A stretch of 64,000 nt of DNA from Lepidodermella squamata. Lineage: Eukaryota > Animalia > Gastrotricha. Positions 37,481 through 48,827 of this stretch are shown piece by piece. The stretch lies in NCBI GenBank assembly GCA_047495785.1, contig JBLDXI010000054.1, positions 2,108,001-2,172,000 on the forward strand. The letters are read 5' to 3'. Every line of letters begins with the position of its first letter. The stretch's first letter is position 1. The notes beneath the pieces are model-generated. The model ran no database searches, was not told the DNA's origin, and saw nothing but the letters and a program-made list of their open reading frames with translations. The translations under genes and the position numbers were made by a program.

Positions 37481-39166
37481 TATTCCAAAAAAAATTCAAA
37501 TATTTACTCAAGACATTAAACTCTAGGCAAATAATTAAAAAAATATATAGAAATTTCATGCGACCTCAAAGAAATAGAAGGGAGAAACCCCACCTTGCGA
37601 GATAAGTCACCGTAATTAGTCACCGCGGACAGTCACCTTGAAGGCATTTTTTATTAAGGAGGATAAGATTATCTAAATATTTCTGCAATTATTCGGATGC
37701 CCAATTCAATTATGCAAATCGGTGCCTGGTACCGCGCCAAATAATTCGGTGTAAATTAATTATACGAGACAATTGACGGTAATAAACAATTATGAGGTAT
37801 ATTTCCTTACACTTGAATATATTGTAAAACTACTCATAATATGCCAATAATTCTACCGGTACGCCGAGATCTGAAGCGAGGCGCGACTCGTTGACAGGTC
37901 TCGGCTAATTTATTTCTTTCCAATAAAAATTGAAGCGTGACGGAACAAGAGGGGCGACTAAAAAAGGCAGAAAAAAACGTGCAAAAGTCATAGCGCGATT
38001 ATTTTTTGCCAAAAAAGTGTGACGCCGCTGACTTTTGTCGCTATTCCATAGAGGCGTTGCGATATATAGTTACCTTTAAGGTGTTTCCGCAACCGGGTTT
38101 TTTTTATTTGCGGATTGATGCGAGCACCTACTAGCAGGTTGTTCCATGGTTGTTTTCAGCGCGCCTTTAGGGGCGGTAAATAACGGCCGAGGGGCGAGGC
38201 TAGGCAGTCGCGCCAAAAAAATGTAGAATAATAGTCTCATAACCCGGCTATTTCCGCTGCTGTCTTTTTCAAGCAGCGAGGCGTGTACATTACTTGCCGC
38301 GTGAGTGTATTATTTTCGCGCTCATCATCGCATTGCCGACAAAACAACAACACACGCGCATTGTTTCGCGCGCAGACGCACGCGCGCGAAACAGCGGAAC
38401 AGAGCGCGCAAAAACGTGCCCGCTCTGTAGGGTGTTCGCTATGCTGCTACAAAACGTTAGTTTATATTGATGTTTGCCCACCGTGTGACAATACCTACCT
38501 ATATATACCTATCAATGGGCAGGTAATAATATCGTTAAGCCTCACTCGCGCTCAAGTGAAGGCACACCGCACACTTTTTACCCTCATTATATAAATATTA
38601 CAATAAAACAATGATATTCGCAAGTCAAGTGAAAAATCGGATTTTTTAACGTTAATAGGGACCGTCATTTCCCCGCATATCTCGGCGAGACGAATCGATT
38701 GATACATATCACTAAATGTGGGAAAAAAATGACTTCAACCCCACTTTCACTTGTCAACAGGTCGTTATTGTTGTTTTGTTGACGCAGCAGTTACTGATTG
38801 ACTCCCAGGTGGCTTTTCTTCTCATTCATTGTTTCATTCAATCAGGCGCATCACGGAAACGTGATCTCTCGTAAATAGCAACCGGAAGAGGTGTGCGTGA
38901 GATGCGAAGTCTGACAATAATTGCGATTTTACGCGCACAACATTTTCCCACGGCTGGTATCAATATTGCATTAAGGCGACGCCTTTCCCTGTGATAATGT
39001 GAAACGAAAAAAAACGCGATTCTTTCATTAAGGAGGATATTGATTTTTTCGAATAACTTTTTTTCAAAAAAGTGCGTGGTCACCCTTCACGAATATGCTA
39101 ACAAAATGAGGCGAGAGGAGTCGCGTGTTCGTCGAAAGGCGTCGAGTTGCATGACCTGCTTCCAGT

Positions 39167-39350
39167 AAACTAACCTAAGGTCGGACACAGCTGCGATCAC
39201 GAAGGCGGCGGTCCCGGTGTGAGGTGGCGCCATTGCACGCGGGGGTGACTCCAACGGCGCTGCTGAGCACTGCATCCTCGCGGCACTGTCCCGGGTTTGG
39301 GCCTGCACTTTATGCGTTTGGTGGTGTTTGCGTTCGCGCAAATCCACCCT
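39167..39350 (+). ncRNA. Divergent U1 snRNA (variant 5' end AAACUAACCU)
   Basis: SL1 GGAC..GCTGC-GATCACGAAG-GCGGC..GTCC (U1-70K loop), SL2 loop CATTGCAC (U1A site), helix H AGGTC/GGCCT, Sm-position ACTTTATG, and SL4 GGTGG..TTTGCG-TTCG-CGCAAA..CCACC, all in canonical U1 order. Confidence 0.88.
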
Positions 39351-39597
39351 TGAAGTGAAGAAAAATATTCCAAACCAAGAGAAAATCGATTAAAAATAAT
39401 ACCAAGCAGAACCAATCTTTTGATCAATAACGAATTTCCAGGAATAATTCCAGAAAAATTATTAAAAAAATTTAAACAAAATTTAAATATTAAATTATTG
39501 TCGCTATTTATTTTCAAACAAATTAAAATAAATAATGAAATATTTTCAGCTCTTGTTGAATTTTTATCAGCAGCAAAATTGAAATTATAATAAATTT

Positions 39598-40251
39598 TCA
39601 AGCCGATGTTTCCAGCAGCAGTTTGAATATTTTCCCCAACTGCGTATTCGATCCTACAGCTAAAACTATCATTCGCCCAGTTCCGGACAGCACTTTCGAC
39701 GCGGCAATAAGCGTTCGGTCATGCTCCAGTGTTTTATGCACAGTTTCACGGTCATCCTCGCCGGTTGCCACGCTTTCGTCCACCTTCAAATCGCCGCTAC
39801 ACTCAACGAGCCAGCCGTCGGCCGGCAAATTATCGCCGGCCTTAAATAGGCAAATATCACCGACGACTATGTCGCAGAGTGACACAAAAACCAGCTGACC
39901 GCCTCGCAAGACTGGATAGCGCGTGTCCAACTCGGCCTGTAACTGCGCCTGTTGCATTTGTTGATCCACCCTAAACTCCGACAGGGTGTCCGAGGCGAAA
40001 CACGCGAAAATTCGAGCGAAGCAGCGTTCGCATCGCGATGTATACAACATTTCCGCCGTTGATGGCATGGTGTTTTTGCCGAAAAGTTTGCGCCGAGTTT
40101 GAATGTCAACAGCCGAGCCGGGAATGCCGTTTTCTAGCGAAGTGTTGAGCCGCCGAGCGATTTCTTCGACGGAATTCTGGCTTAAACCACTCTTTGTTTC
40201 TAACATTCGAGATATTTCACTTACAGTTACGACAAAAGGATTATCAGTCAT
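39598..40251 (-). CDS. Soluble PMCA-derived protein 2 (N-terminal cation-ATPase segment plus actuator domain, no TM helices)
   Basis: RLNTSLENGI..RRKLFGKN, then directly VLRGG..IVVGDI..GDNLPADG..DLKVDESVATGED..SGTGRMIVLAVGSNTQLGKIFKLL and a stop. Intronless and intact. Confidence 0.85.
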   Translation of the reverse strand: MTDNPFVVTVSEISRMLETKSGLSQNSVEEIARRLNTSLENGIPGSAVDIQTRRKLFGKNTMPSTAEMLYTSRCERCFARIFACFASDTLSEFRVDQQMQQAQLQAELDTRYPVLRGGQLVFVSLCDIVVGDICLFKAGDNLPADGWLVECSGDLKVDESVATGEDDRETVHKTLEHDRTLIAASKVLSGTGRMIVLAVGSNTQLGKIFKLLLETSA

Positions 40252-40300
40252 ATTATTTACAAAAAATTCTACTGTTTGTGAGAAAAATTTGAACCTAATG

Positions 40301-40942
40301 CTATTTTTCCAATCGATGATTTCCTAGCAATTTCATTATTTTTCCCACCGTAGAATTCGCTCCGACGGCAACAACTAACATCCGCCCGGTACCGCTGACA
40401 ATCTCACTTCCGGCCATAATCCACCGATCCTCGGTCAAATTTTTCGCAACATGTGCCTCATCACCAGTGATAGGCGCTTCGTTGATTCGCAGATCGCCGA
40501 TATCCGAAATTAAAATGCCATCCGCAGGTACTTCTTGGCGCGATTTCAACAGACAAACATCGCCAACTACAATTTCGCCTACAGCAATTTCATAGGGCTG
40601 ACCAGCTCGAATGACCGGCCACTTCGACTCGGTTTCCTTTCGCTTCATATTGGCTCGATATTCTCGCTCCACTCGATGGCTTTGCGAAAAACACGACAAG
40701 ATTCGCGAAAGAAAGTCATCTGAATTTTCATCTTGCAGCAAGGTATTTTTCCCGAATATTTCCTGCCGTAATTTTAGATCGTCCGAGTCGTTGGATAAGC
40801 CGAATTGTAGTGAGGTTTTCAATTTTTTCGCCAAATTTTCAATCCCGCCGAACTGGGTTTGCAATCGCTCGACGCCTTGTTGGCCTTTAAATTCTTGGAA
40901 CTGCGAAATTTCATCTGAGCTAACGCCAAAGTGACGAGACAT
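40301..40942 (-). CDS. Soluble PMCA-derived protein 1 (N-terminal segment plus actuator domain, no TM helices)
   Basis: FGVSSDEI..FGGIENLAKKLKTSLQFGL..RQEIFGKN, then VIRAG..IVVGDV..VPADG..INEAPITGDE..SGTGRMLVVAVGANSTVGKIMKLLG and a stop. Confidence 0.85.
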   Translation of the reverse strand: MSRHFGVSSDEISQFQEFKGQQGVERLQTQFGGIENLAKKLKTSLQFGLSNDSDDLKLRQEIFGKNTLLQDENSDDFLSRILSCFSQSHRVEREYRANMKRKETESKWPVIRAGQPYEIAVGEIVVGDVCLLKSRQEVPADGILISDIGDLRINEAPITGDEAHVAKNLTEDRWIMAGSEIVSGTGRMLVVAVGANSTVGKIMKLLGNHRLEK

Positions 40943-41452
40943 TTTGCTTTTATGTTAGATAAAGAAGAACTGGGTGTGAAAATATGGCGGGTTTATTCAG
41001 CGCTACAATGTTTACTCAGCAAATCCGACGAAAAAAAATCAATCAGCAGATAAACAAACAAAAAAGATATATTGCACAAGTTACCACAGTTGCACTTGAG
41101 TTTGAAGGTAGAGAATCACTTTCAGTTAATTCACATCGAGGCAACAACAGCTCCAAACTAGGTGTTGAACCCCACAGCCAAAACTAACATTCGGCCGCGG
41201 ATACGACTTTCGAAGCCATGAGACGTAGGTACGTCTCATGTTCGAAGCAGCTAGAATCCATTTCAAGGTTTTCGAAATTGGTGTGTCATCACCAGTTAAA
41301 CCGCCCTGATGGGCAGCAAGATTGTCCGTTAGTAGTATAGTAATACCGGAATAATATAAAGTCGTTATATAAATAAAATAATTTCTTAATTCATTTAATT
41401 AAAAAAATAATTTTTTCTTAATTTTTAAAGGAATAAAAAATTATTTAATATA

Positions 41453-42306
41453 CCGTCAGTTGGGGCTATCCGGACGGCGTTTGCATTTTTACCCGTTTCA
41501 GAAGGTCCTCATTCCAATGGAAACAGGATTCCGAAATGATACATAAATATTCAATTCAAGTATTACTGATATGCTGTGTTCAGTGGTCGAGTGGCTTTGG
41601 ATGTGATTCTAGAAAGTATAGCAAAGTACGAAACGAGGGTTCGAGTCCACGCCGGGGAGAAATTTTTTCCCCAAAATTTTCGAATAATTTTTATGCACAA
41701 GGATTTAAGCAATATAAAGCACTGGTTTTTAGTTGAATTATTTGTCAATTATAGTCGTAATTAATTATTTGGCAATGTCGTAGTCCAGTAAACTAGTCTT
41801 TTGCAGCCTTTCCAGCTTATTCAAAAATTAAAATATAAATGAAGTAAAAGTCCGCTTTAATCAGCCAGGAACGCTTGAACAACGCAGTTCATTAGCATAT
41901 TAAAATGGCAGACCGAATAGCCCCTCAAATTCACTTTTTGATGGGGCTAATCGGACGCAATTAATTAGACAAAAGTATGAGTCGGATCGGGGCGTTTTCA
42001 ATTTTCCTGGGTGCCCTAGCGTCTGTAGATTCAGGAAAAATTGGGCGCGGGTCCGGCAAAATTCTCTTCGGGTCCAGGTAATTCAACGCAGAACTTCAAC
42101 TTACACCTTAAAGGTAAGCCCATATCTTCACAACCACTCACTCTCAGGTCGTGAAATTTCTACGGCATGTGGGTCGTCTTTCCACCTAACTCCGTGCACA
42201 ATTTCATTTCCAACGGCCAGGTAGTTTTTGAGCCATGCTCATTCTCCTGTTTGCATGAACATTCGTCCGAATAGCCCCAATGACCCGGATTACCCCCAAA
42301 TGACGG
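41453..42306. mobile_element. Tc1/mariner (pogo-like) non-autonomous element
   Basis: TA|CCGTCAGTTGGGG...CCCCAAATGACGG|TA, with internal repeats of GGGGCTA(T/A)(C/T)CGGACG at 41462, 41943 and 42264 (inverted). Confidence 0.8.
41580..41668 (+). other. tRNA-derived Pol III promoter segment inside the pogo-like element
   Basis: A box AGTGGTCGAGTGG, B box GGTTCGAGTCC (41638-41648) and a downstream T6. Confidence 0.6.
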
Positions 42307-43145
42307 TAACGACGTTTATATTCTGGTATTACTAAATGTCTAAAAATGCTGAGAATGGAATACAGAATAAAATAGAAATAGTCTGAGGCGATTTCAGACT
42401 CTCTTCGACCTTCGGAATTACCATAGTTCGATTTTTGATGACTTTGTAGGAATTTTAAATAATTTTTGAAATTAACCACATCGAGGGAATTTTTCATTAT
42501 TTATCCGCGAAACAGACTTTGGGAACGAATCTGGGATGGGCAATATCGTGAAATCGGTTGTAGTCGGTCGCGATATTCTGCGATCGTTGAATGTCGCCGA
42601 TGTCATAGTACTCCGGCAGCCGGAACCATTGTCAACAAAATAGTTGAAGAACATGCTGCCTAGCATGCGCGTCATCTAATGCCAGCAATGCGTGCGCCCG
42701 TTTATTTTAGGGGACTATGAAAAAATTACGCGGGAGATTGGGAAGTGCCGGCGTTTTGCCGGCGAGCTTTCGAGGGCTGAATGATGACTTTACTTCGCCA
42801 AATCGTCATTGTGTGGCATATATACTATATACATATATTGTGAGCGTTTAATGGTCTCTCGCAAAAAATGATCTCAACTGCTGGCGTGAATTTGTACATT
42901 TCATGTTTATTACATTGGATTAATCTGTAAAAAAACCGAGAATAAAATCACACCATTGTCAGCGGTTTGTTTATATTCATTGTTTCAAGGTGACTCCAGA
43001 GAGCACCACGGGGTTAACCGATAATCAGATTTCGATAATCGATATCGATTGATTATCGATTTTTAGAAACGCCTAATCAGAAAAATTATCTAAATTCATC
43101 CAAATTTATTAGGGTTAGGACTTCGTGAACAAAAGGGAGAAAGAT

Positions 43146-44688
43146 TCATTGTTCATCATTTTTTGACAGTTTTTTCTTGTTCCTTCGACGGCTGAACGAC
43201 GCCCTGAGACGCCTGATACCAACGTTCATAACTGAGGACAGATTTTCGTAGTCTGACTGGCTTGGCCAAGGCTTACGTCGAAACAGCTCTTGCATTTGTT
43301 GAAGTTGAGAACGCGTGAACAATTTTCTCGCTCCTTTCGATCCGATCTTTCCTAAGGGTATGCCTCTCAGGATGTGTCTTACCTTAGCCGGATTCAGGTT
43401 TGTAACCGATGCTATGTGTTCAATCCGTTTGGCGTAGAGCCTGCAGGGAATTGCAGCTTCTTTTTCGAGGATTGCAATTTGCCAGGGCTCTAATGCCCAT
43501 TCACGGCGCTCTCCACCGCCAGTGTTCATTTTACGCACCTACGAATGATTATTTCAGATAATGTAAATGGTATAGATTCAACAAATTACATATGGTGTAT
43601 ATTATGGCTTATGCTTACGTTTTCGAGAGTCACTTTCTCGCACAGGCGAGTTTTCGTTTGACATCTTCTCCTTTGAAACCAATTTGCTACCAAGGACCTT
43701 TCCAGCTGAAGAGCTTTAGCTAGCTCATCTTTACGCGGCGTTGTAGGCGCTACATTCACAGCGAATTCCTAATTGATAAACAATCCAATTTTAGAGATTG
43801 AACAATGAATAAGACATTCACTTTTTCGAGAATTTTAATCTGCTCTTCGTTTAGAGTTACTTTCTTCCTTCGGCAAGCACGGTCTCGAAATCGCCTTCGA
43901 CTTACACTAAACCAATTTCTGATGTGTTTTACTGACAAGCCTGTCTTCAGGGCCAGATTTTCCACTTCTACCTTTTCCGGGTGAGAGTTGGCAAGATAAG
44001 CGCCCCGCAATATGTCGATCTGCTCCCCATTCATCCAACGCTTCTTGCGCTGAATTATTTTCGGGTCCCGATTCCTGAGAAGCCAACGATAAACTTTCTC
44101 TCGATTTGCGGACATTTCTCTGGCCACGGAGTAACTGAGTTTTCCTAGCGGAATATCCCTAGTTTTCCTCCACGCTTCCAAGTGGCGGTGCAATTCTTCA
44201 ATTTGCCAGCTTTCGAATTTACTATTTGTTCGTGTTGTCACGGTGAAAGAAGTTCGGCGTTGCTGCTCTCGGTATATTGCGCGCCCTTTAGAGCCTAATG
44301 TTCCGCGTTTACGAATAAACCACTTGCGAACTTTCAACTCCTGTAATCCGGTGACAGCTGCCAGTTCCGCAATATCTTTCACTTCAGGATAGGCGTTGGT
44401 TACGAATGCGTTGGCAAGTATTGCCTGTTGCACTCTAGATTTAATGTGCTTTCGAGGTTTAGCCATTACAACCGCCATGTCGGTGTAGCGATGATGGTAG
44501 ACCCATCGATAGACACGCTCCTTATCCTCTCCGATTTCTTCAGCTAAACGTTCGCTTATTACGGAGGGTTTCTCGTTACCATTTATCTGCCAATCTTCAA
44601 GCCTCTTTCGCATTATTGCAAGCTGCCAAGGCTCAAATCCAAGCCGTAGGCCATACTTCTTCCGCAGTCCTTCCTTGCCAACAGTCAT
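43146..44688 (-). CDS. Multi-homeodomain protein, copy 1 (469 aa, 7 homeodomain-like repeats)
   Basis: Exons 44688-43822, 43768-43619 and 43538-43146 (all phase 0). Repeats include NAYP..ELAAVTGL..KVRKWF, HP..LALKTGL..IRNWF and ELAKALQL..VANWFQRRR. Confidence 0.85.
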
Positions 44689-45487
44689 TTCTTATAATAA
44701 AAAATAAAACCTGGGGAAACCTAGGTCAATAAACAATGCTGTTATACGACATCTCACAAAACGCGACAGAACGAATTGTTTCAACTTGTGAAATAATTTT
44801 TGTCCATTTTTCATCCATTTTGAAGACGAAGTAGCTTTGGCTGTTAATTATATCGGCATCTAGCGTTAGCTTGCTCGTGCGGTGAAAGCCCATTAACTCG
44901 ATGCGCACTTCATACTTAAAGGCAACTTCGGCTTCGGCAAAACGGTTCAACCAAATTACTTAGTCATCAAATTCTTCTAGAGGAATGAATGCTTTATTTT
45001 TGCCCTTATTTAAGGGACCTCCTTTTACCAGAGCCAAGTAGCGGAGCCAGATTCGCATCTTAGCGGAACCAAATTATGAAATTTTCTGGTGGCCTGAAAT
45101 ATCTTTTTGGGTATTTCTTGGTTGCCAAGATTCGCCGCTAAAAAAATTCAACATTAAATTCAGCGTAACATTCTCTTTATAAGACAGAGGATCCAATTCA
45201 GAACTCTTCGCCTCAAATTAGGCTTGCGCAAATTGTTGTGCAAAACACGGCCATGCGGAAGTTTCGGATACATGAGGCGGTTGCAAGCTTCACGAGGCGC
45301 AGATCTAGCGGCGCTGACGGACTCAAATGTAGACACTCCTGAGAGATTTTCTTGGCAAGGCACTGCGTTGAAGCCAAATTGGCATAGCAAGCCGAAAAAA
45401 TCACAAATGTTTTTAACTAGAAAATATATCCATATAAATTAGATGATTAAAATGTACTTTGCGAATGAAAGGGACGAAGACTAATTT

Positions 45488-45868
45488 TCAATCATTGTTT
45501 GAATCTTTTCTGGTCCTCCGATTGCAAAACCGCTTTCTAAGACGCCCGATGCCAACATTCACAACTGAGGAAAGATTTTCGTAATCTGACCGGGATGGCC
45601 AACGCGTATGCCGAAACAGTTCTTCCATTTTTTCAAGTTGAGAAAACATGAGAAAACGCGGCGCTCTTGAACCAATATTTCTTGAGGACTTTCCTCGCAG
45701 GAAGCTACCTACTTTCGCCGGAGTCAGGTTTGTAACCGATGCCAAGTGTTCAATCCGTTTGGCGTAGAGCCTGCACGGAATTGCAGCTTCTTTTTCGAGG
45801 ATATCAACTTGCCAAGGCTCTAATGCCGAGAAACGGCGACCTCTTTCCCCGGCGTTCAATTTACGCAT
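45488..45868 (-). pseudogene. Isolated last exon of a multi-homeodomain copy
   Basis: Nearly identical to 52378-52758. Upstream exons are absent and replaced by unrelated sequence at about 45875-46913. Confidence 0.7.
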
Positions 45869-46913
45869 CTACGCCGATTTTCGTATCCTTTCATCCTTTT
45901 CATCTTTTCATCATTTCCAACTTGGAACTTATACAACAATAAGCCGCGGTCAACAAGTGCAAGTCTTTAGTTAGACGGAGAGCCAGAGTAATTTTAAAAA
46001 GTGGAAACAGGAGAAAAGCTGCTTAGGTTTGATGCGCGGGTGGGAGAGCTATCCGGTCCGATTAAACCGAAATTTTGAATACCTCTTATAAAATACAAAT
46101 AAATTAGACAATAAGTACTTATTGGATAAAAACGATTTGTGGAGAACTTTTCTCAATTAGAAAAGCGTGTAGGCCCTCTCGCAGCCATCATCGCAGACTA
46201 ATACAAGCAAAACAAGAAAAATTAGGCACAAAATGATTAATTGAAGGTTGAAATTAGGTTGAATTCAGGTAGAGTCATTGCCCCATTGACGGCTGAGAAT
46301 TTTCGAAAGAGATGGGCATCTAAGAAAGCGATTGTTTGCTAAAATTACATTCTAAAAGTCTATATAATACTTATTAGCCTAGACTGAGGAAAATTGAGCC
46401 GCCCAAGTTCTGAAAGCATCAAATTCGTGCCAACGTGCATGGGCTTTCACCTAAATCATCACGAATAAAACTCATAAGTCGAAAAAATGCAAGTCAGCTA
46501 ATCTCTCGTCGAGGTCCGATATTATTTGAATTTTTGAAAAACCGGACCTCGCCGAGGAAATGGTCGACGGCATCCCGGGTTACTACCCGGATTTATCGCG
46601 CGCGTTGTTAAGCGAAATCCCCACTTAGTGGGGAGAGTCACTGGTTACAGCCGCATCCCGGTTCATGTTCCAGGTTTTCCCTGTTCGACTAAATTTGAAT
46701 GATAAGGCCAAGCCGGGCCGGAGACCGGCTCACGCTAGTATCGGTTCTCGGGCTAGGCTTTCCAATATTGTATCGGGTTTGCACTGGCTTTTGGATTGGT
46801 TTGCCGTTGCGAGACCCGCTACTTCTGGCGTAACGATTCGAGGACTAGGTTTTCTAACATTGTCCCGGGCTTCGCTCGGCTTTCGTAAAAACGAAAACCA
46901 TGTAAAGTTTTAA

Positions 46914-47110
46914 GAGTGTATTCCTCGCAGGAAGTGTATTACTTTCGCCGGAGACAGGCTTGTAACCGATGCTTCTGTTTAGAGGATCGCAATTTGCCAA
47001 GGCTCTAATGCCAAGAAACGGCGACCTATGTCACCGGCGTTCAATTTACGCATCTAAGAACGCTAAATTGAGAAGTTACATGGGTTACGACTGAGCCTTA
47101 CGTTTTCGAG
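46914..47110 (-). pseudogene. Deleted fragment of the multi-homeodomain exon 2 end, intron and exon 3 start
   Basis: Matches the exon-3 start (ttacgcatct...caaggctctaatgcc) with internal deletions. Confidence 0.65.
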
Positions 47111-47308
47111 AAATGACCGTCCGAACGCCGAGAAATCGCAAGGGTAGTTGGTTCGGAATTCGGAATTCGGTCGCTTGGTAGGGCTCTGCGTTGAAGCGAG
47201 AGCAATATAGCAAGCCGAAAGCGTAGAAGTTTTAGCTAAGAAATATGTATAGGTATCTAAATTTATTATGACTAAGAAATGTTCATCATGAACAGAAGGA
47301 AGAGAGAT

Positions 47309-48827
47309 TCACTGTCCATCATTTTTTGTCGTTTTTTTCCTGTTCCTTCGATTGATAAACCACTCCATGAGACGCCTGATACCGATATTCACAACTGATG
47401 AAAGATTTTCGTAATCTGACTGGGTTGGGAAAGGTTCACGTCGAAACAGCTCTTGCATTCGTTCAAGTTGAAAACGTGTAAAAAAATTTTTGTTCGCTCC
47501 TTTTGATCCGATCTTCCCTGAGGATATGCCTCTCAGAACGCTCCTTACTTTAGTGGGAGTGAGTTTTGTCAGCGATGCCAAATGAACTAGCCGTTTTGCA
47601 TAGCGCCTGCACGGAATAGCAGCTTCTTTTTCGAGAATCGCAATCTGCCAGGGCTCTAATGCCCAATTACGGCGCTCTCCGTCAACGGCATTCAATTCAC
47701 GCATCTGCGAATGATAAATTCAGAAAGAAAATGGTAATAGATGACTTGAGCTTACATTATCAGCAGTCACTTTGCCGCAAAGGCGAGTATTCGTTTGAGT
47801 TCTTTTCTTTTGAAACCAATATGCTATCGTGGATTTTTTGAGCTGAAGAGCTTTTGCCAGTTCATCTTTACGCAGCCTCGTGGGCGCTACATTCAAGGCG
47901 AATTCCTAATTGATAAACAATCAAATTTCTAAAATTGAACAACTAAAATAAGACATTCACTTTTTCGAGGAGTTCAATCTGCTGTTCGTTAAAAATTACT
48001 TTCGCCCCTCGGCATGCATGGTCCCGAAATCGCCATCGACTTCCAGTAAACCACTTTTGGATGCTCTTTACTTTCAAATCTGTCTTCAGGGCAAGTGCTT
48101 CCACTTCCCCCTTTCCCGGATAACGATTGGCTAGAAAAGCCCTCCTCAATATGCCGAACTGATCCTCATTCATCGGGCGCTTCTTGTGTTCGATTATTTT
48201 CGGGTTTCGATTCTTGAGAAGCCATCGATAAACTTTTTCTCGATTTGCGGACATTTCTCTGGCCAAGGAGAAACTAAGTTTACTCAGCGGAATATTCTGA
48301 GTTTTCTTCCATGCTGCTAATTGGCGCTGCAATTCTTCAATTTGCCAGTTTTCAAATTTCACATTTGCTGGAATTGCATCTGCAACTGAATTTCGGCGCC
48401 GCTGATCTTTGAATCTTGCGCGCCCTTCAGAGCCTAATGTTCTGCGTCTACGACTACAAAACCACTGACGAACCTTCAACTCCTGTAATCCGGTGACAGC
48501 TGCCAGTTCCTTAATATCTTTCACTTCAGGATAGGCGTTGGTTTCGAATGCGTTGGTAAGTATTTCGTGTTGCGCTCTAGATTTGTTATTTGGCGATTTA
48601 GCCCTTACAACCGCCATGTCGGTGTCGCGACGGCGTTTGACCCAACGATAGACACGCCCCGTATCCTCCCCGATTTCTTCAGCTAAACGTTTGCTCATCA
48701 TGCAGTAGTCCTCGTTACGGTTTTTCTGCCAATCTTCTAGTCTCTTATGCATCACTTCAAGCTGCCAATGCTCAAATCCAAGCCGTGGGCTAATCTTCTT
48801 CCGTAGTTTTTCTTTTCCAGCACTCAT
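47309..48827 (-). CDS. Multi-homeodomain protein, copy 2 (intact)
   Basis: Exons 48827-47961, 47905-47756 and 47704-47309, with the same intron positions as copy 1. Confidence 0.85.

Noticed and set aside
39087-39601. Minus-strand ORFs 39087-39347 and 39197-39601, and an apparent exon ending at a GTTAGT donor
   Set aside because: They are the antisense of the U1-like RNA. The 'donor' is simply the complement of its 5' end.
42472-42675. Small ORF shared with 58457-58690 and 60877-61110
   Set aside because: The nucleotide similarity reflects duplication of the array flank, and the reading frame is not conserved between copies.
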